Positions 48,158 through 57,195 are shown, counted from the first letter of the stretch. The stretch is 64,000 nt of DNA from a virus (IMGVR_UViG_3300009091_000015:1099-65098), one strand, 5' to 3'. Numbers and translations: made by a program. Notes: generated by a model from the sequence alone, not told the origin.

Positions 48158-48375
48158 TTGCCCAGCTCCTTCTCAAAGAGGTTGGCCAGGGCCGTCTTCA
48201 GCACTGCGGACTGACTGATGGGTGGGACGACGATGTTGGCGTCCCGCAGCTTGGACTGCATGTGCGCCTGCAGGTCATGCAACATCGCCATCTCGATCTC
48301 GTTGAGGTACAGGGCCACGATGGTTCGGTCCTTCTTCCACTTCGCCACCGCTGTCTCTTTCTTCGCTCTCGGCAT
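48154..48375 (-). CDS. Small putative DNA-binding protein
   Basis: 73 aa; strand-helix-helix-like pattern; AGGAGG SD. Confidence 0.6.
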   Translation of the reverse strand: MPRAKKETAVAKWKKDRTIVALYLNEIEMAMLHDLQAHMQSKLRDANIVVPPISQSAVLKTALANLFEKELGK

Positions 48376-48390
48376 GGTGTGCCTCCTTTC

Positions 48391-49359
48391 CTAGAAAACC
48401 CTGAAGTATTCGTAGCTCGTCTCGTTCACGTACTGCTCATAGATGTCTGGCTTCTCTGCCTCCAACTTCTTGCTGTCGAATGACTTGCGTGTCGATAGCT
48501 TCCAAACGATAGGCCGGTCCCCAACCCTCACCTTCCGGTGCTCCCCGAGGTGCTCCTTGATCTTGCGGGTGTTGTCATCGAGGGATTCCTCGCCTTCCTT
48601 GTTGGCCTCCTGGATCTCGTCCCGCTCCTCGATCAGCTTGGCAAGGTACGGATCTTCGATCTCCTCCGTCTCCGAGGCGATGGTCGCATCCACGAGAGCC
48701 TCGCCGTGGCATGTCCAGCGAAACTCGCAGGTCTGGCACCGCCTGTCCGAGGACATCAGTTTGAATGGGGCAGGCCCCTCCTCCACCTCACGCATGAACT
48801 GCTCGCCAACCTTGAGCATGAGGGCCAGCGCCTCGTTGTCTTGGTCCACGAACTGGACGAACAGCCGCCAGCTGACCGGCTCCAGGCAGGCGTACAGGCC
48901 CCAGCTGAAGCCGGTGAGCCCGATGTAGTGCTGGACCTGGAGCTTCTCGACATCAGGGATGCCGGTCTTCAGCAGCTTCTGGAATGGGAACGGCCCCTTG
49001 GTCTTGAACTCGGCCACGCCGGGGCCTTCCTTACCAGGCACGGCTCCCTTCTGCACAACCCGGTCGAGGTTGCCGATCCACCACGCAGGCATGGCGTACT
49101 GGCTCTTGATCTTCAGCTTGCGCCTGAACTTGAAGCCGTAACGCTCGGTAACTTCCTCAGCCACAAGAGCTTCCAGCTTGTGGCCTCGCTTCATAGCCCC
49201 GGTGTAGCGGCGGGGAAAGTCCAGCTCTGTCCCTCGCTTCTCATACCAGAGCCTGCGGGCGCAGCCGTAGGGGTCGAGCCCGAGCACGTCCCCCCACTCC
49301 GACCCGCCAATCCCGGCCCGCCTTCTTTCGTGCCAGTCTTCGCTGTGCGGTTGGGTCAC
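48391..49359 (-). CDS. YqaJ-like viral exonuclease
   Basis: WHERRRAGIGGSE, GHKLE, NLDR, EFKT, QVQHY. Confidence 0.9.
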   Translation of the reverse strand: MTQPHSEDWHERRRAGIGGSEWGDVLGLDPYGCARRLWYEKRGTELDFPRRYTGAMKRGHKLEALVAEEVTERYGFKFRRKLKIKSQYAMPAWWIGNLDRVVQKGAVPGKEGPGVAEFKTKGPFPFQKLLKTGIPDVEKLQVQHYIGLTGFSWGLYACLEPVSWRLFVQFVDQDNEALALMLKVGEQFMREVEEGPAPFKLMSSDRRCQTCEFRWTCHGEALVDATIASETEEIEDPYLAKLIEERDEIQEANKEGEESLDDNTRKIKEHLGEHRKVRVGDRPIVWKLSTRKSFDSKKLEAEKPDIYEQYVNETSYEYFRVF

Positions 49360-49616
49360 GCATCGTCTCCCTTCAGGATGGAGTCATGGATGTTGAGCTT
49401 GCCGACCTCGTTTCCGCCGTCACCAGCCATGTCGGAGCCCTTCACCATCGGGATGTCCCCGAGGATTCCCGGCCTGCCATCCTCCTGGGCGGGCTTCCCG
49501 CCCGTCCCCTCGATGAGTGCCTTCGCCCACATGGTGAGCTTGGCGGCACGCTGGATCAGCTGGGTGGCCTCTGCCAGATAGACGCACGCCCTCTCGTAGT
49601 CTCGCTCCTCTACCAT
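49356..49616 (-). CDS. Hypothetical protein
   Basis: AAGGAG SD; GTGA overlap with yqaJ. Confidence 0.65.
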   Translation of the reverse strand: MVEERDYERACVYLAEATQLIQRAAKLTMWAKALIEGTGGKPAQEDGRPGILGDIPMVKGSDMAGDGGNEVGKLNIHDSILKGDDA

Positions 49617-49617
49617 G

Positions 49618-49872
49618 TCACAGCTCCTTTCTGTCAGTCGTGGTTGGAAGATCAGGGACGTTGATCGGGAGCCAATAGCCGGTGCATCCAGTCTCCCCCT
49701 TGAGCGTGGTGCGCAGCGTCCTGGCTCTGATGCCGAGCGACCCTATGTACTCGACGTTGACGAGGAGAAGGCGGGGGAACCCGTCCACCTCCTTGTTGAT
49801 GGGGTAGCCGTAGAACCAGTACAGCCCGGCTCTCTTCGGCCACATCCGAGTCCATTCACTCTGGTCTGCCAT
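49618..49872 (-). CDS. Hypothetical protein
   Basis: WT..WPKRAGLYWFYG pattern. Confidence 0.7.
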   Translation of the reverse strand: MADQSEWTRMWPKRAGLYWFYGYPINKEVDGFPRLLLVNVEYIGSLGIRARTLRTTLKGETGCTGYWLPINVPDLPTTTDRKEL

Positions 49873-50098
49873 CGAACTGCCCAGGAGGCCAGATGGCCTC
49901 GACGTTGGTCCGCAATGCCCAGGCTATCCTGAAGGCGGTGCTGATCCTCGGCTCTGAGAAGCCGGAGCGCAGGTTCAAGAGCCCTTGAACAGTAAGCCCG
50001 GTTGCATCCTGTAAGTGCTTGATTAGATAGGGCCTACGCCCAATCACCTTGTTTCGAGCCAGGATCTTGTCGATGTTGCAGGTGATGAGTTGATCCAT
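49856..50098 (-). CDS. XRE/Cro-like HTH regulator
   Basis: LQDATGLTVQGL.NL..G.SEPRISTAFRIA.AL...VEAIW. Confidence 0.85.
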   Translation of the reverse strand: MDQLITCNIDKILARNKVIGRRPYLIKHLQDATGLTVQGLLNLRSGFSEPRISTAFRIAWALRTNVEAIWPPGQFDGRPE

Positions 50099-50104
50099 GC
50101 GGAG

Positions 50105-50134
50105 AGTCTAGCACACTGGAGTACAGAATGTCCA
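50105..50134 (-). promoter_or_regulatory. Putative promoter giving leaderless mRNA for the XRE gene
   Basis: TGGACA-18 nt-TAGACT with TGn extension, -10 ends 6 nt before ATG; no SD. Confidence 0.5.
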
Positions 50135-50181
50135 GCGAAAGGAGGTGAAAAGTGCTGGCCTCCCATCGGCGTTGCCCGTTG

Positions 50182-50700
50182 TTAGCCTTGGTCCAAGCGG
50201 CCAGCACGGAGTTGTTTCAGCCAGGCAAGCAGCTGTCCTGATTCGACATCGCACCACTCACACTCAATCACATCAAAGCCTGCGATCCTGGCGAGGTTGT
50301 TCTTTTCCATGTCCCTACGTCTGCCCTCGATGGAGTGGTGCGCTCCGCCGTAGCTGAGCTTCCCATCCGGGCCTGTTCGCATGCAGCCTTTGCCGCCTTG
50401 GATGTCGATCAGGATGTGGAGTTGCGGGATGGCCAGGTCGAACCTGAATTTCCGCCCTGGGATTGCGGGGTACTCCAGGTACATCACCCGGCTGTCGATG
50501 TCCGACCCTTCCTTCCACGTCCCGCCGAAGGCAACGCCGAACTCTCGCCGCGCCTCCTCGATGAAGACGAGGAGGGCCAGCTTCTTCTTGCGGTCTGATC
50601 CGTCCGTTCGCCTTGGCTTGTCTGGCATGGAGGTAGGGGCCAGACCGACGGCCATCCGGTAGTCCTCGACGCTGATTCGCTGGTCCCATGCCTTGGTCAT
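50182..50700 (-). CDS. PD-(D/E)xK endonuclease (Vsr/DUF559-like)
   Basis: RKFRFDLA...IDIQGG...RDMEKNNLA..GF.V. Confidence 0.8.
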   Translation of the reverse strand: MTKAWDQRISVEDYRMAVGLAPTSMPDKPRRTDGSDRKKKLALLVFIEEARREFGVAFGGTWKEGSDIDSRVMYLEYPAIPGRKFRFDLAIPQLHILIDIQGGKGCMRTGPDGKLSYGGAHHSIEGRRRDMEKNNLARIAGFDVIECEWCDVESGQLLAWLKQLRAGRLDQG

Positions 50701-50833
50701 GGTGCCATCTTAGCGCAAAGAAGGGGAGGCTAGGACTCCCCTGTAGCTGCGCACGTACCCGTCCACGTCGGAGGCGCGAGCTTCAGCCCTGCGCCATGTA
50801 CGCGGGTTGATGATAGGGTGCCTAGCACCTGGG

Positions 50834-51115
50834 TTACACGATGCCCTTGTCGTGCATGGTGATCGTCTCTTCGATGAGAGGGTCGATGTCCAGGTCTCCG
50901 ACCGGCCCACGGTACGGGAGACCGAGCAGCTTGCGGGCCTTGCGCAAGGCTGGCGGGTAGTCGTCCCACTTGTAGGTGTAGAGGCCAGCCGCCAGCGCCA
51001 GATCCTGGCACTCGCCAACGAGGGCGAACAGCGTAGCCTGCAGCTCCCTGTTTCTCTGGTGGAGGCTCGCCACCCGAGGGTGGCAGACGCTCTTGATCTT
51101 GCGCTGTCTTTTCAT
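50834..51115 (-). CDS. Hypothetical protein
   Basis: Start reset to MKRQRK. Confidence 0.6.
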   Translation of the reverse strand: MKRQRKIKSVCHPRVASLHQRNRELQATLFALVGECQDLALAAGLYTYKWDDYPPALRKARKLLGLPYRGPVGDLDIDPLIEETITMHDKGIV

Positions 51116-51195
51116 ATCATCGAGAGGAAGAGGAACAGTGCGGCTGCCCCGAGGATGCCGATGAGTGAGAGCAGGTTGTGCATGCGCCTGCTCAT
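51112..51195 (-). CDS. Small membrane peptide (27 aa)
   Basis: MSRRMHNLLSLIGILGAAALFLFLSMI; ATGA overlaps at both ends. Confidence 0.55.
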   Translation of the reverse strand: MSRRMHNLLSLIGILGAAALFLFLSMI

Positions 51196-51524
51196 GACGG
51201 CATCCGGTCGAGCTTGTCGAACGCATTGTCACAGACGATGCAGCTGTCTGCCATGGCGAACGCCCTGCTTACGCAGTCCATCACCGTCTTCTTGTCCGTC
51301 ATCTTGGCCAGGGTCAGGGCCATCGCCGCCATGCACTGGCAGTGCCGGGCCTTCATGTCCTCCTCTCCCATGTCCTCGTTGGTGACGATCAGGAAGAAGC
51401 AATCCTCCGGCTCATCCGGGTCAGGTAGCAGCATCACACAGCTGAGATCCACTCCAGCCGCAGTCTGCGTACTCCTCAGCCAGTCCACCACGCTCATGCC
51501 GTAGACTGCGAGCTTCGTCGTCAT
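51192..51524 (-). CDS. Hypothetical protein
   Basis: GGAGG SD before MTTKLA. Confidence 0.65.
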   Translation of the reverse strand: MTTKLAVYGMSVVDWLRSTQTAAGVDLSCVMLLPDPDEPEDCFFLIVTNEDMGEEDMKARHCQCMAAMALTLAKMTDKKTVMDCVSRAFAMADSCIVCDNAFDKLDRMPS

Positions 51525-51973
51525 GCGTCCTCCTCTTTCTTCGCCAGCTCCCATGCCTCCCAGGTGGACTCCGGCACCACCTCGTCCTCGGGCTGGGGCC
51601 TCACCATGATGACGCAAAACGGGTATTTCTTCAGCTGGTAGACGGTTTCGGTCGGGCTGTGGCATGCCATTTTGAACAGGTTGTGCTCTCCCATGTCGAA
51701 GCTGTCTCCGGTGTGCCAGAGCTTGCCGTTGACCAGGTACCTCGGGCTCCGGTTGAGCAGCTCGCTCTTGAGCGTGATGTTCTTGTCCCCGTAGTGTGCG
51801 ACGCCTCGAAGCTCCAACCCAAACTCGATGCCGAACGTCCCCTTCGGGCTCTTCCTCCATGCCCAGTGCAGGTCACGAGGGTTCTGCTCGTTGTCGTTGA
51901 TGGTCAGCGTCGGCTGCGCCTTGTTGAGTGCGCTCCAGTACATGATGCGTGGAAGCTCGATGTAGTCCGTCAT
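51521..51973 (-). CDS. Hypothetical protein
   Basis: 150 aa, ATGA coupling. Confidence 0.7.
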   Translation of the reverse strand: MTDYIELPRIMYWSALNKAQPTLTINDNEQNPRDLHWAWRKSPKGTFGIEFGLELRGVAHYGDKNITLKSELLNRSPRYLVNGKLWHTGDSFDMGEHNLFKMACHSPTETVYQLKKYPFCVIMVRPQPEDEVVPESTWEAWELAKKEEDA

Positions 51974-52257
51974 TGGTACTCCGTTCTGGCCCCGTGCTTG
52001 CGCTGCCTCGGCGTCCCTGTCGAAGGGATGGGGCCTCCCTTCCTCGCATCCTCAGCACCCACCATCGCCTGTCGCTCGGCCTCCTTCCAATCCCTGCGGT
52101 ACTCCACGGAGTAGGCCCGCATGTACTGCTGGAAGAGGTCCGGGTTGTCGAGAAACATGGTGGCGAGGAGTCCGATCATCATGTCGATGACCTTCTCTAT
52201 GGGCAGCTCCCATGCCACCGTCTGCGCCAGCTGCCGTGCGGTCGTGGCGTTGGTCAT
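51970..52257 (-). CDS. Hypothetical protein
   Basis: GGAGG SD before MTNATT. Confidence 0.65.
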   Translation of the reverse strand: MTNATTARQLAQTVAWELPIEKVIDMMIGLLATMFLDNPDLFQQYMRAYSVEYRRDWKEAERQAMVGAEDARKGGPIPSTGTPRQRKHGARTEYQ

Positions 52258-52610
52258 GGTTCCTCCCTCTTCATCTGCTCCCGCATCCAGCCGACCAGCC
52301 CGCCCCGGCTCTGCCAGTCGAGCACCTTCTCCTCGCTGCCCCAGCAGTCGGAAGGTGCAGAGTTGAACAACCATGCTGCCCACTCCCGCATGTGCTTGGT
52401 GTTCGAGTCGTCGGCCTGGCCGTAGGCACGGACGAGATCGTTCTCAAACAGGTAGGTCAGGAAGTGGCCCATCGGTGTGCCGAACAGGACGTGCTCCAGC
52501 GCCCCGTTCATGCAGTGGTTGCGGACGATGTGCTCACTCAGTTTCTCCAGCATGAGAGGGTCCACCTTCTTGAAGTCCTCGATGGTCTTCACCTTGTCCC
52601 ACTCGATCAT
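52254..52610 (-). CDS. Conserved phage hypothetical protein
   Basis: G.FL....NDL..A...AD..N...AP..CWGS..KV..W pattern. Confidence 0.75.
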   Translation of the reverse strand: MIEWDKVKTIEDFKKVDPLMLEKLSEHIVRNHCMNGALEHVLFGTPMGHFLTYLFENDLVRAYGQADDSNTKHMREWAAWLFNSAPSDCWGSEEKVLDWQSRGGLVGWMREQMKREEP

Positions 52611-52846
52611 GGCTTGCCTCCTTCTCCCGACACCTCGACCAACGGAGCCCCCATGCTCGCCGGGTCGGTGCTCCCGCCAGTGCGATAGATGCGTATCCTG
52701 TCCCTCCCTTCGTCATCCACGTCGAGGTAGACGCGCACTCCGACTTTCCAGCCACGGAGATGCGCCTCCAGCCCAGACTTCTCCGTCCCTTCCCTGGTCG
52801 CCGTCGTCCTGGCCTTGCCCCACAGCTCACCGTAGAATCTCGACAT
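52607..52846 (-). CDS. Conserved phage hypothetical protein
   Basis: MSRFYG..G.A.T.ATR.G...GW..GV.V pattern. Confidence 0.75.
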   Translation of the reverse strand: MSRFYGELWGKARTTATREGTEKSGLEAHLRGWKVGVRVYLDVDDEGRDRIRIYRTGGSTDPASMGAPLVEVSGEGGKP

Positions 52847-52850
52847 CTTG

Positions 52851-53069
52851 TCACCCTCTTTCCTTCACGTCCTTGCGCCATGTGTTGAGCGATGAGCAGC
52901 AGCCTTCGCCCATCGCCATGCCCTCGTACACCAGCGGGATGTCAGCAAGCAGGCAGCGGTACTGCTGCCCGTCCCAATGCAGGGCCAGGCATCTACCGGA
53001 CTCGTCCGCTGCCCCGAAGCAGCACGGTGCCTGCATGCAACAGAACCCGCATCCGACGCAGTCAGGCAT
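52851..53069 (-). CDS. Cys-rich metal-binding protein (CxxCGxCC)
   Basis: CVGCGFCC...PC...RC. Confidence 0.7.
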   Translation of the reverse strand: MPDCVGCGFCCMQAPCCFGAADESGRCLALHWDGQQYRCLLADIPLVYEGMAMGEGCCSSLNTWRKDVKERG

Positions 53070-53431
53070 CAGTATTCTCCCTCTCCGTAGCCACCCCTGC
53101 CCTCGGCAGCGTCAGCGCAGATGTCGCAGCAATACGCATGCGCCCTGTCCAACGGCGTGAGCATGTTCTCCCTGCCGCACGTCGGACATGGCAGGTTGCG
53201 AGGATTGTCCTTGGTCGCTGCTCGCAGAGCGGAGCGCCCGCCAGGATCAGCGAACCCGACGCCGTCGATCATGTAGTCGTCCTCGCTCTCTGGATAGAAC
53301 TCTTCCCTGTCCATGTCTGCCTGCTCGTCATCCCAGCAGCCATCGCACAGGTACTCGCCGTCGTCGTTCTGGTGGATGTCATGGCCGGGCTCTCCCAGGT
53401 CTGCGCCGCAGCCTTCACAGAAAACGCTCAT
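53069..53431 (-). CDS. Zinc-finger phage protein
   Basis: Four CxxC pairs; FADPGGRSALRA...PRNLPCPTC. Confidence 0.75.
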   Translation of the reverse strand: MSVFCEGCGADLGEPGHDIHQNDDGEYLCDGCWDDEQADMDREEFYPESEDDYMIDGVGFADPGGRSALRAATKDNPRNLPCPTCGRENMLTPLDRAHAYCCDICADAAEGRGGYGEGEY

Positions 53432-53433
53432 GG

Positions 53434-53628
53434 CTACTCCTCCTCGTCCTCGTCAGGTGTGAAGTCGTTCACTACCTCAGAGTCGGCCCAATCGTAGCGA
53501 TTGGCTATGACCCTGTACCGATTCTCCATGGCATATCCCTTCGCCTCCTCGTAGTCAGACGTTGACCACGACCCGAACGAGTTGCCGTCCCCATCCTCGA
53601 ACGTGTAGACGTAGAGCGAAGCAGCCAT
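53434..53628 (-). CDS. Small acidic hypothetical protein
   Basis: Start reset to MAASLY. Confidence 0.65.
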   Translation of the reverse strand: MAASLYVYTFEDGDGNSFGSWSTSDYEEAKGYAMENRYRVIANRYDWADSEVVNDFTPDEDEEE

Positions 53629-53629
53629 G

Positions 53630-53872
53630 TCACACCCCCCTCGACGTGATCCATGCGACCGCATCCCCGATGGGATCTTTCCCTTCGGGGTAGAGGGTGC
53701 AGTAGGTGTTGTCGAAGAAGGCGTCAGGCATGTCGCTGATCGCCAGGTACACGCCCAGTTCCTTCTCCATCCGACCGGCGACTCGACCGAGGTAGAAGTA
53801 GGCTTCCTGAATCGACTCGGCCCTCGTCCCACTCTTCCCACTGTTGGCCTTCGTTATCACCCAGAGCGTCAT
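53630..53872 (-). CDS. Hypothetical protein
   Basis: AGGAGGTG SD before MTLWVI. Confidence 0.65.
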   Translation of the reverse strand: MTLWVITKANSGKSGTRAESIQEAYFYLGRVAGRMEKELGVYLAISDMPDAFFDNTYCTLYPEGKDPIGDAVAWITSRGV

Positions 53873-53873
53873 G

Positions 53874-54119
53874 TCACACCTCCTTGCCTTCGGCCTTCGC
53901 CTTCTTGAACTGCTCGTCCCACAGATCACACAGATCGATGGTTGCCATCTGTCCGAACGCCTGGCCCATCAGAATCCAGAGGATGCGCTTCGCCGTGTCG
54001 TCCTTGATTGCATCCCCTCGCTTCTGCTCCCTCACATAGTCGGCCAGCCCCTGAGCGAAAGGGATCGGGTTGCACGGGAAGCACTCGCTGAACATCGCCA
54101 GCTCCAGGTCTGCTCTCAT
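53874..54119 (-). CDS. Hypothetical protein
   Basis: GGAGGTG SD. Confidence 0.7.
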   Translation of the reverse strand: MRADLELAMFSECFPCNPIPFAQGLADYVREQKRGDAIKDDTAKRILWILMGQAFGQMATIDLCDLWDEQFKKAKAEGKEV

Positions 54120-54203
54120 GCCTCACCTCCATGGGATTCAGTCTGCCTCGCAGTGGGAGAGAGCGGAGGTGCAGTGACCCTCTCCCATGCGAGGCAGAAC
54201 GAA

Positions 54204-54527
54204 TCACACTGAGTTCTCTCGATCCATCCAGAGGTACGGGATGCGGTTCACCTCCGGCGAGAAGCAGCTGTTGCCAGTCTTGCATGTGAACAGGGCGACG
54301 ACATCCGAGAAGGTGCGGAGCACACACTTCATGTTGCTCCAGTCGTTGAAGATGTGAGTGCCGCACTCCCTCACAACCCAGAAGAATGTCTCGTCGTCAT
54401 CCATCCCATGTACGGATGCCTTGTCATGCCGAGTGAAGTCTTCCTTGTAGTGCGTTGGCTGGCCGAGCTTCATCACCTCGATGGTCATCAGTGCGTAGAG
54501 GTGATCGCGAACCTGCGGATGGCTCAT
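54204..54527 (-). CDS. Hypothetical protein
   Basis: TGATG overlap; DF..HD...F.W.VRECGTH pattern. Confidence 0.7.
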   Translation of the reverse strand: MSHPQVRDHLYALMTIEVMKLGQPTHYKEDFTRHDKASVHGMDDDETFFWVVRECGTHIFNDWSNMKCVLRTFSDVVALFTCKTGNSCFSPEVNRIPYLWMDRENSV

Positions 54528-54724
54528 CACTCTACCTCCAGCCCTTCGTTCAGCAGAACCTGAGCGACGCCAGCTGCCATGCGATGATCGACGCAGAGCC
54601 GGTAGCGCCCCATCCACTGCCATCCCTCCGTCGCCAGCGTCTCGTCCATCACTCGCAGTGCGTCCTCGTTCTGCGCCTCGAACACGATGATCGACCCCTC
54701 GTTCTCGACCCGAACGTCACACAT
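54527..54724 (-). CDS. Hypothetical protein
   Basis: VENEGSI...QW.G...VDHR pattern. Confidence 0.7.
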   Translation of the reverse strand: MCDVRVENEGSIIVFEAQNEDALRVMDETLATEGWQWMGRYRLCVDHRMAAGVAQVLLNEGLEVE

Positions 54725-54959
54725 CCTGCTCCTCCTTCTTCATGCCTGGGCCAGGCGTCATCTTCAGGAAGCTGAGGTTGCCCTTCTTGTCCCAGTCTGC
54801 CCAGACTGTGGCAACGATCACTCCCTGCCGGTACAGAATCCATCGGTGCTTGCCCTGCATGGGGCGGTACTCACGCTGGTAGTATTGCGGCTGGCCACTG
54901 GTCAGCGAGTCGAACAGCTTCCGCAACTGTCGCCGCACTCTCTCCGGCATGTTCAGCAT
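54717..54959 (-). CDS. Hypothetical protein
   Basis: Start just downstream of intergenic hairpin. Confidence 0.65.
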   Translation of the reverse strand: MLNMPERVRRQLRKLFDSLTSGQPQYYQREYRPMQGKHRWILYRQGVIVATVWADWDKKGNLSFLKMTPGPGMKKEEQDV

Positions 54960-54964
54960 GGTCT

Positions 54965-55031
54965 CTCCCCTCTCCTCTGCCCTCACAAAGTGAGGGGCAG
55001 AGGAGAGGGGAGGAGTCGGCCTCCTCCCCTC
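54965..55031. repeat. Intergenic hairpin element, copy A (TCAC-AAA-GTGA apex)
   Basis: About 22-bp stem, AAA loop 54987-54989, one bulged G, overlapping second hairpin. Confidence 0.85.
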
Positions 55032-55036
55032 GTCGC

Positions 55037-55285
55037 TCATCCCCAGTTCCGCAGCCTGCGGATGAAGCAGTCGCTGCCATGATCGACGTTCCTGATGTTG
55101 AACTCGATGCCTCGCTCCTTCAGTGCGTCGATGAACAGGGCAGCATCGCAGTCCTCTTCGAGGAACACGCTGTTGCCATCCACGTAGCTGAAGCACGACG
55201 GCCTCACGCCGTAGGTCTCCATCATGCGCCGGTCCACTTGGAGCCAGCCATGGCCGGGGTCGGAATGGAAAGTGAGGGTGAGCAT
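55037..55285 (-). CDS. Conserved phage early protein
   Basis: DPGHGWL...FSY...FLEEDCDA. Confidence 0.8.
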   Translation of the reverse strand: MLTLTFHSDPGHGWLQVDRRMMETYGVRPSCFSYVDGNSVFLEEDCDAALFIDALKERGIEFNIRNVDHGSDCFIRRLRNWG

Positions 55286-55515
55286 CAGTCACCTCCTTCC
55301 TTGGCGAGCATCCGCTCCTCCACCAGCTCCTGCTCCGCATCGGCGGCGACGTTGACAATCTTGATGGCGAGCTGCTCGATCTCCTCAGCTTCGATGATGA
55401 TGTCTGAGCAGTTGTCCTCAGTGAGCCCGAGCCCCTCGCTGAATGCCTCCTCGATGTTCAGGATCGCAACCTTGATCCGCCTCACGCAGTCCCGCATCTC
55501 CTGCTTCGGTGTCAC
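55285..55515 (-). CDS. Hypothetical acidic protein
   Basis: GTGA and TGATG couplings. Confidence 0.65.
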   Translation of the reverse strand: MTPKQEMRDCVRRIKVAILNIEEAFSEGLGLTEDNCSDIIIEAEEIEQLAIKIVNVAADAEQELVEERMLAKEGGD

Positions 55516-56174
55516 GTCACCCTCCCTTGGTATGCAGCCTTCACGACGGCGACCGTGTCATAGTCCTTGGGCGCAGCGTCCGCCACTCGCAGCGGCATGA
55601 GCAGCCCGACCAGCTCACCCTCGACCTGGAGCTGGATGGGTGCAGTCACGTCGTGTCGCTTGCACCAATACTCCACACCAGGGATGAGGTACTCGATCAG
55701 CTTCGCCTTGCTCGGGTCGATGGGAACGGGCGGGTCGATCATGCCAGGGGACATGAGCAGCACGGACACCGCCTTGCCAACGCAGACGTTGACCAACTCA
55801 TCCCTGGTGCCACGCCACAGTTCCGACTTGTCGTTCTTCGCGCTGTTGAAGATGCGTTCGATGCCTTCGAGCCTGACCTTGCCGTTCGCCGCTCCTTCAG
55901 TCATGCTCTTGTACGGAGGCTTGCGTTGCAGTGCCGATGCCTTGAGCAGGATGGTGCCGTCTGTGTACCACCCGCTGCCAGCCGGGGCAGCGTTCCCGTC
56001 CTGAGTCCACGCCTTCCACTTGTTGCGCTTGAAGTCTGCGAAGCGGACGCCTTGGCTCTGCTCCTCCTCCTCATGCTCCACCACCTGCGGTGCCGTCGGT
56101 TCGTTCGCCATGCCGAGCATCTGCTGCATCTCAGCGATGGCATCGTCGATCTTCGCCAGCAATGCCTCACTCAT
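55512..56174 (-). CDS. Hypothetical protein
   Basis: 220 aa; YTDG...GLLMPLR, reminiscent of clamp-like domain ends. Confidence 0.7.
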   Translation of the reverse strand: MSEALLAKIDDAIAEMQQMLGMANEPTAPQVVEHEEEEQSQGVRFADFKRNKWKAWTQDGNAAPAGSGWYTDGTILLKASALQRKPPYKSMTEGAANGKVRLEGIERIFNSAKNDKSELWRGTRDELVNVCVGKAVSVLLMSPGMIDPPVPIDPSKAKLIEYLIPGVEYWCKRHDVTAPIQLQVEGELVGLLMPLRVADAAPKDYDTVAVVKAAYQGRVT

Positions 56175-56601
56175 TCGATGCCTCCTTCTTGCGAGAGATC
56201 ACTTCGTCGAACAGCGTGTGGTAGGTGTGGCTGTCCATGAACGCCACCCTCTTGGCGAGCACCTGCTCCAGGAATTCGGGCGTGATGATGAGCCGCTTGA
56301 TCGCATCCTCAGTCAGCACACAGTAGGTGCCGGTCGGATAGACGCCCCTCTGCATGGCTGGCTGTCCCTTGTAGGTCGGCTCCTCGCTCGCCTCGATGAT
56401 GGTGATGCCCAGGTCCATGCCTGACTGGCACTTGGCACATGGCTCGTAGGTAACGCAGGCATGGCGTGGTGCCTCGATGTCATGGAGTCCGCCTCGATCC
56501 ATCCTACCCATGAGCAGGACCGTGCCATCGTCCTGCCCGCACCAGAAGCAGACACCGAGCGATGGATTGACGCCGTACTTCTCAGACAGTCGGATGCTCA
56601 T
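56167..56601 (-). CDS. Conserved phage hypothetical protein
   Basis: MSIRLS.KYGVNPS..CF.CG...EPC..C. Confidence 0.75.
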   Translation of the reverse strand: MSIRLSEKYGVNPSLGVCFWCGQDDGTVLLMGRMDRGGLHDIEAPRHACVTYEPCAKCQSGMDLGITIIEASEEPTYKGQPAMQRGVYPTGTYCVLTEDAIKRLIITPEFLEQVLAKRVAFMDSHTYHTLFDEVISRKKEASNE

Positions 56602-56813
56602 GGCTCCTCCTCTCCTGGCAGCCTCGGTATCGAGAGATGCCCACAGTCGTTGCCTTCCTCGTCGCTGTCCACCCACACAACCACAGCCTTGATCCCTCCC
56701 TTCTCGATGACCAGTCCGAAGGACTCCGTGCCAGGAGTCAGCGTCGTGCCGATGATGGTGTAACCGATCAGCCGCTTCGCCTGCTCCGCTTCCCACTTGG
56801 CGTTGTGACTCAT
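56598..56813 (-). CDS. Hypothetical protein
   Basis: FGL...D.EGN..GHL; AGGAGG SD. Confidence 0.7.
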   Translation of the reverse strand: MSHNAKWEAEQAKRLIGYTIIGTTLTPGTESFGLVIEKGGIKAVVVWVDSDEEGNDCGHLSIPRLPGEEEP

Positions 56814-56823
56814 CGCTCCTCCT

Positions 56824-56893
56824 TTCCCTTCTCCTCTTCGCTCTCACAAAGTGATGAGCGAAGAGGAGAAGGGAAGGCCGTCGCCTCCCCTCC
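56824..56893. repeat. Intergenic hairpin element, copy B
   Basis: About 24-bp stem, AAA loop 56848-56850, one bulged T. Confidence 0.85.
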
Positions 56894-56898
56894 ATGCC

Positions 56899-57195
56899 TC
56901 ACTCCGATTGCTCGCCGTACTTCCAGTCGCTCAGGCATTCATGGCAGTAGCCATGATCTGCGATGTGCGTCTTGGCATAGGCCCCCGTGTCGATGCGATG
57001 GCAGCGAGGACACTCAACCTCCTCCCGCTCGCCCTCTGCCACGTCGAGCATGGCATCGAGCAGATGGATCACGCCGGTCACGGCCAGCCATTCGTCGCTC
57101 TCCCTGGTCAGGCGCATCTCAAGCAGCGCATCCCTCTGCTCCCTGAGCAGGTCAACGTCCACGTTCGGCACGGTGATGGTGATGCCTTCACTCAT
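56899..57195 (-). CDS. Hypothetical zinc-binding protein
   Basis: CPRC...CHEC; GGAGG SD. Confidence 0.7.
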   Translation of the reverse strand: MSEGITITVPNVDVDLLREQRDALLEMRLTRESDEWLAVTGVIHLLDAMLDVAEGEREEVECPRCHRIDTGAYAKTHIADHGYCHECLSDWKYGEQSE

